Source of the DNA: Sulfurimonadaceae bacterium
Lineage (GTDB): Bacteria; Campylobacterota; Campylobacteria; Campylobacterales; Sulfurimonadaceae
NCBI GenBank assembly: GCA_026193155.1
Contig: JAPHSI010000136.1
Location: forward strand, 1-34,236
Length of the DNA stretch: 34,236 bases
Direction: 5' to 3'
Shown: positions 17,127 to 24,892 of the stretch, one piece after another
Layout of the letters: each line of letters starts with the position of its first letter
Numbering within the stretch: the first letter of the stretch is position 1
The notes under the pieces: generated by a model
The model's database searches: none
What the model was told of the DNA's origin: nothing
Seen by the model: only the letters and a program-made list of their open reading frames with translations
Position numbers and translations under genes: made by a program

Positions 17127-17756
17127 TTAAAAGTATTCTTCGAGTCTTTCTTTATCTATTTTTTTAGATTTAACATCTATAATCTCTTCATCTTTAAAAA
17201 ACTTTAGTATCCTTGAGAGTGTTTCTGGAGATACACCAAGCATCTCTGCAATAATAATATTTTTAGTTTCAAAAAAATCTTCTGGATGTGAGTACAGATA
17301 TTTCGCTATTCTCTCTTTAGAGTCCAAAACCAAGTTTGTTGATATTATATTCTCTAAATTTTTTATCTTATAAATTAAAGATGTCAACATTCTAAGTGAT
17401 AATATAGGCGAAGCTAAAATAACATCCTTTAATTTGTCAAAATCTATTTTTAAGTATTCAACATCTGTATGCGCTTTTGCAGTTGCCGGATATGGAATAT
17501 GCTCAAAATTAGCAACTTCACCAATTAACTCATCGGAATTAAAATACTTTAAAACAATCTCTTTATGTTGAGAAGATGTTTTATAAAGTTTTACTATACC
17601 TTTTGTTAAAAGATATAAATATTTTGAATCATCACCCTCATAAAACAACAGTTCATCTTTGCCTGCTTTATGCTCAGTTGCAAAACTTTCAATATTTAAA
17701 ATCGTATCTTCATCTAGGTTGTCAAATAGTACTATGTTTTGTAGTTTAGTTTTCAT
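17127..17756 (-). CDS. Crp/Fnr-family regulator, DNR/NnrR/NssR type
   Basis: cNMP-like domain with YPATA, HTH GVSPETLSR (ExxSR reads TTGAT half-sites); contains no Cys, so not an Fe-S FNR. Confidence 0.9.
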   Translation of the reverse strand: MKTKLQNIVLFDNLDEDTILNIESFATEHKAGKDELLFYEGDDSKYLYLLTKGIVKLYKTSSQHKEIVLKYFNSDELIGEVANFEHIPYPATAKAHTDVEYLKIDFDKLKDVILASPILSLRMLTSLIYKIKNLENIISTNLVLDSKERIAKYLYSHPEDFFETKNIIIAEMLGVSPETLSRILKFFKDEEIIDVKSKKIDKERLEEYF

Positions 17757-17858
17757 GTAGCCATTATATAATTTATTTTTTAAGTTTAAGTAAATCTATA
17801 GTTTAAGTTAAGTTAACTAATTATATTATGTTCAATAATTTTTTTTATGAGGTATATT

Positions 17859-18755
17859 ATGAGTTTTAGAGAGTACATACATGCTGTAGGAACCGGACCA
17901 AAAGGTAATAGAGATTTAACATATGAAGAATCTTACGATATGATGAAACAGATATTAAACCAATCCGTGCATCCTGAACAAATATCGGCTTTTTTACTTG
18001 GATGGAGACTGAAACCTGAAACTGTAGATGAGTTTAGAGGAGCACTTAGTGCTTGTGATGAATTAATAACATATAGTGATATTCCTAATTCTATAGAACT
18101 TGGATATCCATTTGACGGCAAAAGAAGAAATCCATATATATTTCCTCTTGTAGCTAAAGAGCTTAAAGATTCCGGTTTAGATTTAGTTGTAATTGGGGAT
18201 GAACTGCAACCGGCTAAACACGGTATTACTACTAAGGAGGTATGTACATCTTTGGAACTACCAGAAGGTGTTAAATATTTTGACAGGGCTGACTTTTTTA
18301 AAAAGATGAGTGAACTCACACAAATAAGAATGAGACTAGGGCTCAGAACTGCGTTTAACACTATAGAAAAATTGCCCCATGTTGCTAAGAGTAATTTTGC
18401 AATTACCGGAGTTTTTCACAAACCATATGTAAAAAAATATGTTGAAATATTCTCAGACAGATACAAAAGATTTGCACTTATACAAGGAAATGAAGGTACA
18501 CCTGAACTTTTTAGCAAGGGGCGCATGTGGATAGGTAATGACGGTAAAACAGAAGAATTTATAATAGACCCTGCTCATTATGGAATCAACTATACTAAAT
18601 CTTGGGAAAACATAAGTTTTGAAGAGTCACTAGATCAAATAAAAAATCCTACAGATGAGTATTTAAAGCTTGCTCGCCTTAATGCAGCAATTTATCTTTT
18701 TATAGCCCAAAAAGTAAAAAGTATAGATGAGGGATATGAACTCTTAAATGGATAA
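17859..18755 (+). CDS. YbiB/TrpD2-like protein (anthranilate phosphoribosyltransferase / glycosyltransferase family 3 fold)
   Basis: VGTGPKGNRDL, QISAFLLGWRLKPET, DGKRR, LGLRTAFNTIEK, GVFHKPY, QGNEG; ATG 17859 has GAGG SD. Confidence 0.78.
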   Translation: MSFREYIHAVGTGPKGNRDLTYEESYDMMKQILNQSVHPEQISAFLLGWRLKPETVDEFRGALSACDELITYSDIPNSIELGYPFDGKRRNPYIFPLVAKELKDSGLDLVVIGDELQPAKHGITTKEVCTSLELPEGVKYFDRADFFKKMSELTQIRMRLGLRTAFNTIEKLPHVAKSNFAITGVFHKPYVKKYVEIFSDRYKRFALIQGNEGTPELFSKGRMWIGNDGKTEEFIIDPAHYGINYTKSWENISFEESLDQIKNPTDEYLKLARLNAAIYLFIAQKVKSIDEGYELLNG

Positions 18756-19953
18756 ATTTTCAAACCATGTGAAAAATATTTCACACGGTTTTTTCCTTAG
18801 CATCGGTACTACTATAGCTGAACCATCTACTATATTACCATTGATTGTTAACTACTTTGGTGGAAGTTCTATTCTTGTTGGTTTTTTTGCAGCACTACTT
18901 AGGGGTGGTGCTATACTTGTACAACTTTTTGCAGCTTTTAAAGCTCAAAGTTATGAATATATGATGCCATATATTCGCCGTGTATTTCTAATACGTTTTA
19001 TATCTTGGTTTTTAATAGGTGTAAATATAATTATATTTGGTGATGAGTATCCTACATTTACACTATTTTGCATCGGGATTGGCTTATTTTTCTTTTCTTT
19101 TAGTGCGGGATTTGGAGCAATTTATTTTAAAGATATAATTGCTAAGATATTTTCACATAAATTTCGTGGAAAAACTATGTCTTACAGACAGTTTTTCAGC
19201 GGGCTTGGCGGATTACTCAGTGGTTCCCTTGCAGGATACATTTTACATAAATACGATGCACCTCTAAGTTTTGGAATCCTTTTTATATTAAGTTCTTTTA
19301 TTATGGCAGCAGGTTATATCTCATTTTCACTTATTGATGAGCCGAAAAAAGAAAAAGTTGCCAAAAGAGAAAAAAAATTCAGTCTGTTTTTACAAAATGC
19401 ATTAGGGATATTGAAAGCTGATAAAAGATTACAAACTCAGCTAAAAACTTTTTTTTTAGCGTATGGATATCTATTATCCCTACCTTTTATAATACTAGAT
19501 GCACAAAATAAAATAGACCTAGACGGTGTAGCAATAGGAAGTTTGATTACCACTCAAATGGCAGGTGCAATACTAAGTAATTTTTTATGGGGCACACTAA
19601 GTTCTAGAGGTTTAAATAAACTTACAACAAATATATCTATTTCTTTTTTAATATTTGCAATTTCTACGGCATTTATAGCATCTACACTATTTGAATATAT
19701 GTTAATATTTTTCTTAGTAGGAGCAGCTATAGATGGAAACCGTATAGCTTCAGGAAATTTGATGTTAGCTATCGCACCTGAAGACAAACGACCTATATAT
19801 GTAGCCTTACATATAAATATAGTGTCTTTTGGAATATTTTTCTCCTTGCTTGGAGGAATATTACTTCACCTGTTTGGATACACTTTTTTATACACTTCAA
19901 CAATATTTTTGTTACTTTTTTCATTTTACTTCTCATTAAAACTAAAAGATTGA
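18748..19953 (+). CDS. MFS transporter
   Basis: ~12 TM, 401 aa, central hydrophilic loop, IAPEDKRPIY; start overlaps upstream stop. Confidence 0.85.
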   Translation: MDKFSNHVKNISHGFFLSIGTTIAEPSTILPLIVNYFGGSSILVGFFAALLRGGAILVQLFAAFKAQSYEYMMPYIRRVFLIRFISWFLIGVNIIIFGDEYPTFTLFCIGIGLFFFSFSAGFGAIYFKDIIAKIFSHKFRGKTMSYRQFFSGLGGLLSGSLAGYILHKYDAPLSFGILFILSSFIMAAGYISFSLIDEPKKEKVAKREKKFSLFLQNALGILKADKRLQTQLKTFFLAYGYLLSLPFIILDAQNKIDLDGVAIGSLITTQMAGAILSNFLWGTLSSRGLNKLTTNISISFLIFAISTAFIASTLFEYMLIFFLVGAAIDGNRIASGNLMLAIAPEDKRPIYVALHINIVSFGIFFSLLGGILLHLFGYTFLYTSTIFLLLFSFYFSLKLKD

Positions 19954-19992
19954 TATACATCAAAGACCTATTTATACCCTCTTAGTTATAAT
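19950..19992 (+). promoter_or_regulatory. DNR/FNR-type box and -10 of the DUF59 operon
   Basis: TTGAT-ATAC-ATCAA at 19950-19963 overlapping the MFS stop; TATAAT at 19987-19992 (23 nt). Confidence 0.82.
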
Positions 19993-20014
19993 CTTTCAAA
20001 AATAAGGCAGGCAT

Positions 20015-20320
20015 ATGGTAACAAAAGAGCAAATATTTGAAGCTGTTTCAACTGTTAACGATCCAGAAGTTGGGTTTAACCTTGTTGAAATGGGACTTAT
20101 ATACGATGCCTCTTGTGATGAGGATATGAAAGTTGTAGTAACTATGACATTAAGTACAAAAGCTTGTCCTCTTCATCAAATGATCGTACAGTGGGTTAAA
20201 GAGGCTGTTTTAAGAGAATTGCCTAGTGTAATGGAAGCTGATGTAGAGCTTGTTTGGGAGCCTGAATGGAATGTATCTATGGCAACAGATGAAGTAAAAG
20301 CAAAACTTGGCGGAATGTAA
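20015..20320 (+). CDS. DUF59/SufT-like metal-sulfur cluster assembly factor
   Basis: VNDPEVGFNLVEMGLIY...MTLSTKACP...VWEPEW motif. Confidence 0.9.
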   Translation: MVTKEQIFEAVSTVNDPEVGFNLVEMGLIYDASCDEDMKVVVTMTLSTKACPLHQMIVQWVKEAVLRELPSVMEADVELVWEPEWNVSMATDEVKAKLGGM

Positions 20321-20343
20321 TTAAATTTAAAAAGGATAAAAAT

Positions 20344-20685
20344 ATGAGTCTACCACAAGATGCTCAAAAAATAGATGTTGCAGGTTCTACTGTAGATTTT
20401 TTCAAATATACGGATAATGGAGTGGATGTTTATCAGTTTAATACAAGTATGTGTGCACCACCTGATCCAATGGTAAATGCGATGGCAGGTCTTCAGCTAC
20501 TTAATGAAAACAGTGCCCTAGTTATGATTAATCATAAATCTCCAGGTGGTTTATTTCCAAAAATAGATGCTGAGTTCAACTATGTTGTTCAAGAGCTTGA
20601 TGATGGAAACGTAAAAGTAGTTTTTACTAGAAAAGACGGAGCTGCTGCTACTACCGACTTTGCTTCTAATACTTGTAGCGGATAA
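20344..20685 (+). CDS. DUF2249/TusA(SirA)-like small protein
   Basis: FNTSMCAPPDPMVNAM...MINHKSPGGLFP resembles the PPEP-type DUF2249 pattern; C-terminal CSG. Confidence 0.6.
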   Translation: MSLPQDAQKIDVAGSTVDFFKYTDNGVDVYQFNTSMCAPPDPMVNAMAGLQLLNENSALVMINHKSPGGLFPKIDAEFNYVVQELDDGNVKVVFTRKDGAAATTDFASNTCSG

Positions 20686-20692
20686 TTAAACT

Positions 20693-21928
20693 TTGGCAGT
20701 CTCAACGGATTTTGCTCCACCATTTAAACTTATAGCACCATATTTTATAATAGGTGCTGTCATTTTAGTTCTTAGTACTTTTTTACTTTTTACATTTGAT
20801 ATTACGACAATTCAAAGCGTAGAACCAAATCTACTGGCTTGGGTGCATCTATTTTTACTTAGTTTTGTAATGATGGTTATATTTGGAGCTATGGCTCAGC
20901 TCATTCCCGTTGTACTAGAAGTGGGTCACTTTGCAGTTGATTTATACTATGTAATATATCCTCTACTTTTTATAGGTACTGTTTTAATGGCTATAGGCTT
21001 TCATTCTGTGCCTATCATACTACCTTTTGGAGGTGTTACGGTATTAATAGCTTTATCAATATTTTTATTTGAGACATCATTAACAATAAAAAAAGTTGAA
21101 AAATATAATTTTGTAATTCTGAGTGTACTTATAGCAAACATATTTTTAGCAATAGGTATGATTTTTGGAATTATTATGGCACTTGGATATGCCGGTGTAA
21201 TTATAGTAGATATACCTGCCTTACTTCACGCACATATATTTTTAGTATTTGTCGGTTATGTTGGTGTAACTATTATGGGGATGAGTTTAATATTACTGCC
21301 AATGTTTTGGTTATCTCATAGTTTTAGCTGGGATTATGTAAAAAGTGCTTTAGTTATATTGGCACTAGGTGTCATCTCTATAGCTTTATCACCAATACTT
21401 AATATTTTAATATTAGACACTATAGGATACATTTTAAGCATAATAGCATCAACACTCTACTTTTATCAGGTATATATTATTTACAAGAAAAGAGTGAGAA
21501 TTGAAAATGATATATACTTTAAATCACTTATATTCTCTTATATATCACTACTTACCGCTTTAATTTTAGGAATGTCATACCTTGTAGCTCCAAGTGAAAA
21601 ACTTATTATATCAACAGGGTGGTTATTAATTGGAGGCTATATCAGTTTTTTAATTGTAGGGCATCTATATAAAATAGTACCATTTTTAGTTTGGTATGAA
21701 AGGTTTTCACCTCTTGTCGGAAAAGAAAAAGTACCTATGCTTGCCGATATGATTCCTCAAAAAAGTGCAAATCTTCAGTTCTGGCTTAATTCTATCGGTA
21801 TTATTATCTCTACATTAGGGATACTATTTGAATCAAATGAGATTTTTTACAGTGGGGTTAGTTTCTTAAGTATGGGAAGCTTGTTTGTTTTAAAAGATAT
21901 CATATATATGATTAGATTTAAGAGTTAG
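20693..21928 (+). CDS. Polytopic membrane protein with intramembrane His (NnrS / heme-copper oxidase subunit I-like)
   Basis: ~12 TM; WVHLFLL..GAM, HAHIFL..G..IMG, GHLYKIVPFLVWY; TTG start. Confidence 0.7.
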   Translation: MAVSTDFAPPFKLIAPYFIIGAVILVLSTFLLFTFDITTIQSVEPNLLAWVHLFLLSFVMMVIFGAMAQLIPVVLEVGHFAVDLYYVIYPLLFIGTVLMAIGFHSVPIILPFGGVTVLIALSIFLFETSLTIKKVEKYNFVILSVLIANIFLAIGMIFGIIMALGYAGVIIVDIPALLHAHIFLVFVGYVGVTIMGMSLILLPMFWLSHSFSWDYVKSALVILALGVISIALSPILNILILDTIGYILSIIASTLYFYQVYIIYKKRVRIENDIYFKSLIFSYISLLTALILGMSYLVAPSEKLIISTGWLLIGGYISFLIVGHLYKIVPFLVWYERFSPLVGKEKVPMLADMIPQKSANLQFWLNSIGIIISTLGILFESNEIFYSGVSFLSMGSLFVLKDIIYMIRFKS

Positions 21929-21942
21929 AAACTAACTCTTAA
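21918..21942. terminator. Probable bidirectional terminator hairpin
   Basis: Perfect 11-bp inverted repeat TTAAGAGTTAG-aaa-CTAACTCTTAA between convergent stops. Confidence 0.75.
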
Positions 21943-21947
21943 TACTT

Positions 21948-22325
21948 CTAAATCCCAAAAAAACTTTTAATAAATTCTCTCTCTTTAACACTTTCTATAA
22001 ATATTTTTACAATAGTCTGGTTATTATCACCCATAACAATAACATCATTGTTTTCAACTTTTAAATGTGTTTTAGCCCATTGTTTATCTAATTCATCTTT
22101 ACGGTGAAGTACTTCAGCAGCACTCGGTTTTTCCTTTGTGCCCGTCACCGTGTTTAAAATACTCAAACCACCAAGTCTTTTTTCATACTGATAGGGACTG
22201 TATTTAACTATAGCTTTATATATTCTATCTTCTTTAGCTTCTGGGGCAGCTCTTTGCATAGCCAAAAATCCTAAAACTAAAAAACCAAACAATAATCCGA
22301 ACATTAAACCTTTTTTAGGATTCAT
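21948..22325 (-). CDS. Membrane-anchored hypothetical protein coupled to sirC
   Basis: One N-terminal TM then soluble domain; ATG at 22325 forms TAATG overlap with the sirC stop (track start 22340 less likely). Confidence 0.75.
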   Translation of the reverse strand: MNPKKGLMFGLLFGFLVLGFLAMQRAAPEAKEDRIYKAIVKYSPYQYEKRLGGLSILNTVTGTKEKPSAAEVLHRKDELDKQWAKTHLKVENNDVIVMGDNNQTIVKIFIESVKEREFIKSFFGI

Positions 22326-22894
22326 TACCATTTTTTCCAACTTTCTATATATTTTTTTGCTTTTTCATCAAGCATTTTCATTCTTTCTTTCCCTTTTGGA
22401 AGAGTTTTACGTAAGTTTTTCATCTCACGTAAAAACTCACCTATACTATCTGGAATTGTATCTTCTAGATACATTCTAATACGTTTTGCCATAGCTGGAG
22501 ATGCACCTGATGTTGATACTGCAATAGTCAAATCATCTTTTTTGATATAGGATGGAAAAATAAAATCACAATAATCAACTGAATCAACAGAATTACATAA
22601 ACAATTATACTTTTTTGATTCTTCAAATATCTTTGCTTGAAGAGGTATATCATCTACTGCTACTATCACTACGGCAAAATCTTTAATATCACCAACTTTA
22701 TATGCACGTTGTTCAAATTTTAAATTGTTGTTCTCAATCGTTCTTTTCATATCTTCTGATAAATCTAGTGCAATTACAGATATATCTTTTGTAAAATCTA
22801 GCAGATGGTCCAACTTTTCATAAGCTATAAAACCACCGCCAACTATAAGAATTTTTTTATTGTCTAACTTTAAAAATGCTGGAAAATACGCCAC
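22325..22894 (-). CDS. sirC: Precorrin-2 dehydrogenase / sirohydrochlorin ferrochelatase (SirC/Met8p/CysG N-terminal type)
   Basis: YFPAFL, ILIVGGGFIAYEK, NSVD..YCDFIFP, AVSTSGASP; GTG at 22894 with AAGG SD. Confidence 0.88.
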   Translation of the reverse strand: MAYFPAFLKLDNKKILIVGGGFIAYEKLDHLLDFTKDISVIALDLSEDMKRTIENNNLKFEQRAYKVGDIKDFAVVIVAVDDIPLQAKIFEESKKYNCLCNSVDSVDYCDFIFPSYIKKDDLTIAVSTSGASPAMAKRIRMYLEDTIPDSIGEFLREMKNLRKTLPKGKERMKMLDEKAKKYIESWKKW

Positions 22895-22949
22895 ATGCAA
22901 CCTTGTTTTTTTAGTATAGTATAATAACATATTCTATTAAATTATATAA

Positions 22950-22994
22950 TTGATTTGTATCAATGGCTTATATTTGTATTTTGATTACAATCAT
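22950..22994 (+). promoter_or_regulatory. DNR/FNR-type box, -10 of nirDL and a second near-consensus box
   Basis: TTGAT-TTGT-ATCAA at 22950-22963; TACAAT at 22986-22991 (22 nt); TTGAT-TACA-ATCAT at 22981-22994 covers that -10. Confidence 0.82.
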
Positions 22995-23039
22995 AATGTA
23001 AAATAACAGAACTTTACATAAGTAACAACAAGGTTTTAA

Positions 23040-24044
23040 ATGAAAAATGAAATACTATCTAGAGTACAAAAAAAATTTCCACTAGTTGCTAAGCCGTTTG
23101 AAGTAATAGCGAATGAATTAGGTATTAAGGAAGAAGAAGTCTTAAATATCCTGCAAGAGGAAAAAAAGAATAAAATTATTCGTCAAACATCTGCAATCTT
23201 TGATACGAAAAGGTTAGGTTATAAGTCCTCTTTAGTCGCTTTCAAAGTTAAACCAGAAAATATCAATGCAGCTGTTAAAATAATCAATTCTCATCCGGGT
23301 ATTTCACATAATTATGAAAGAAACCATGATTTTAATATTTGGTTTACTTTAGCAGTAGCACCAGATAGTAAGTTAGGTCTAGAAAAGACACTTGAAGTAC
23401 TTGCGAAAGTAACTGGAGCAGATGATTATATTATGCTTCCTACACTTAAACTATTTAAAATAAATGTAAAACTAAATACTACAGGGAAAGATGAGAAAAA
23501 AGAGGAAGTTAAAAAAGTAGTACATAAAGATATAGAACTTACACCTCTGCACCATGACATTATTCGCAGAGCTCAGTATGATATTGAGATAGTAAGTGAA
23601 CCTTTTAAAAATATTGTAGATGAATTAAACATATCATATGATAAATTTTTTGATATTTTACAAGAACTTCAGGATGCAGGGATAATGAGAAGGTTTGCAT
23701 CTATACTTAACCACCGTAAAGCCGGTTTCAATGCGAATGCTATGGTTGTATGGGATGTAGATGAAGGTGAAAAAGGTGAAGAGATTGGAGCTCGTGCAGC
23801 AGAATTTTCTGCAGTAAGCCATTGTTATCTTCGTCCTAAGTATCCAAATTGGCAATATAATCTTTTTACTATGGTTCACGGTAAAACTACCGAGGAAACA
23901 AACTCTATAATTGAAGATATGACTAAAGAGATAGAGAGTAAATCTCATATGCCATTATATAGTTCAAGGGAATTTAAAAAGGTTCGTATTGAATACTTTA
24001 CACCGGCTTTTGAAGCTTGGGAAACAAAACATTTACAAGGATAA
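23040..24044 (+). CDS. nirDL: Siroheme decarboxylase, fused NirD-NirL (AhbA-AhbB) type
   Basis: Two tandem Lrp/AsnC-like halves with SHNYER..FNIWFT and SHCYLR..WQYNLFTMVH motifs. Confidence 0.9.
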   Translation: MKNEILSRVQKKFPLVAKPFEVIANELGIKEEEVLNILQEEKKNKIIRQTSAIFDTKRLGYKSSLVAFKVKPENINAAVKIINSHPGISHNYERNHDFNIWFTLAVAPDSKLGLEKTLEVLAKVTGADDYIMLPTLKLFKINVKLNTTGKDEKKEEVKKVVHKDIELTPLHHDIIRRAQYDIEIVSEPFKNIVDELNISYDKFFDILQELQDAGIMRRFASILNHRKAGFNANAMVVWDVDEGEKGEEIGARAAEFSAVSHCYLRPKYPNWQYNLFTMVHGKTTEETNSIIEDMTKEIESKSHMPLYSSREFKKVRIEYFTPAFEAWETKHLQG

Positions 24045-24046
24045 AG

Positions 24047-24442
24047 ATGGAACTTTTTTTTAAACTAGAGATTGCATATATAGCAATAGGTCTTTTTATA
24101 CTAGGTGTTACAGCCTTTGTTACAACTAGAGATTTTGTACCACGCGTTGCATTTAAACGCGGAATGATTTTAGTAGGTAGTTTTTTAACGATAATGATAG
24201 GTCTCCATTACTACATCACGACTAAAAGAATGGCCGGAGTTAAAGAGATATTTAACAAAGGTGAAACGGTAATATGTGAGAATAAAATGCAGAAGACTAT
24301 ATCTCGTTCTGTTTTAATATCTAAAGACCTAGAATGGAGATTAGAAGGTGATGAGTTTGTTTCTGATAATCATACAAGGAACTTTCATACATCAAGATGT
24401 ATAGAACATATACTAGATGATGTACCAGAAGTAACTAAATGA
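24047..24442 (+). CDS. Two-TM hypothetical protein with C-terminal soluble domain (two Cys)
   Basis: ATG 24047 with AAGGA SD, 2 nt after the nirDL stop; VICEN...SRC. Confidence 0.75.
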   Translation: MELFFKLEIAYIAIGLFILGVTAFVTTRDFVPRVAFKRGMILVGSFLTIMIGLHYYITTKRMAGVKEIFNKGETVICENKMQKTISRSVLISKDLEWRLEGDEFVSDNHTRNFHTSRCIEHILDDVPEVTK

Positions 24443-24600
24443 TAGCTTTTTTAAAGCGTTTTGGAGTTGCACTAATTTTTCTTTTTTTTGTTATCATTTT
24501 AATGGTGGCAGGAACTTTTGGTGTTAAAAGCTTTGGAGACAAGATGTTTGAAAATGTGGATGTAAAGATGAAGCCACGAGGGGAGAAATTAATTAAATGA
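24439..24600 (+). CDS. Unannotated 53-aa single-TM protein
   Basis: MIAFLKRFGVALIFLFFVIILMVAGTFGVKSFGDKMFENVDVKMKPRGEKLIK*; ATGA overlap with both neighbours. Confidence 0.8.
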   Translation: MIAFLKRFGVALIFLFFVIILMVAGTFGVKSFGDKMFENVDVKMKPRGEKLIK

Positions 24601-24890
24601 GCTTAAGTATTATACTTTTTGCAGGTTTTATTTTAAGTGTTATTTTTCACTTTATAGGTGTTTATGCAAACGCGAAAAAAACTGTTTGGATTATGGTAGT
24701 CTTAATGTGGGCGGCTGGAATAAATATGGCTATGAGTGAAATTAAACCTAAAGGTTATGAAGATTTAAAAAAGATTCAAGGTCAATATGCGGATACGGAT
24801 GCACTAATAGAAGAAGCAGGTGAAGAAATTTCTCTTTATGAGATGCTTCGTATTATGCAAAGTTATCAAAAAAACAATCCTAAAAGATAG
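24597..24890 (+). CDS. Two-TM hypothetical protein
   Basis: Two hydrophobic helices plus acidic tail; GGGGAG SD; ATGA overlap. Confidence 0.75.
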   Translation: MSLSIILFAGFILSVIFHFIGVYANAKKTVWIMVVLMWAAGINMAMSEIKPKGYEDLKKIQGQYADTDALIEEAGEEISLYEMLRIMQSYQKNNPKR

Positions 24891-24892
24891 GA

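Noticed and set aside
23040-24044. Lrp/AsnC transcription regulator call
   Set aside because: Tandem halves with SHxYxR motifs in a heme d1 context indicate siroheme decarboxylase NirDL.
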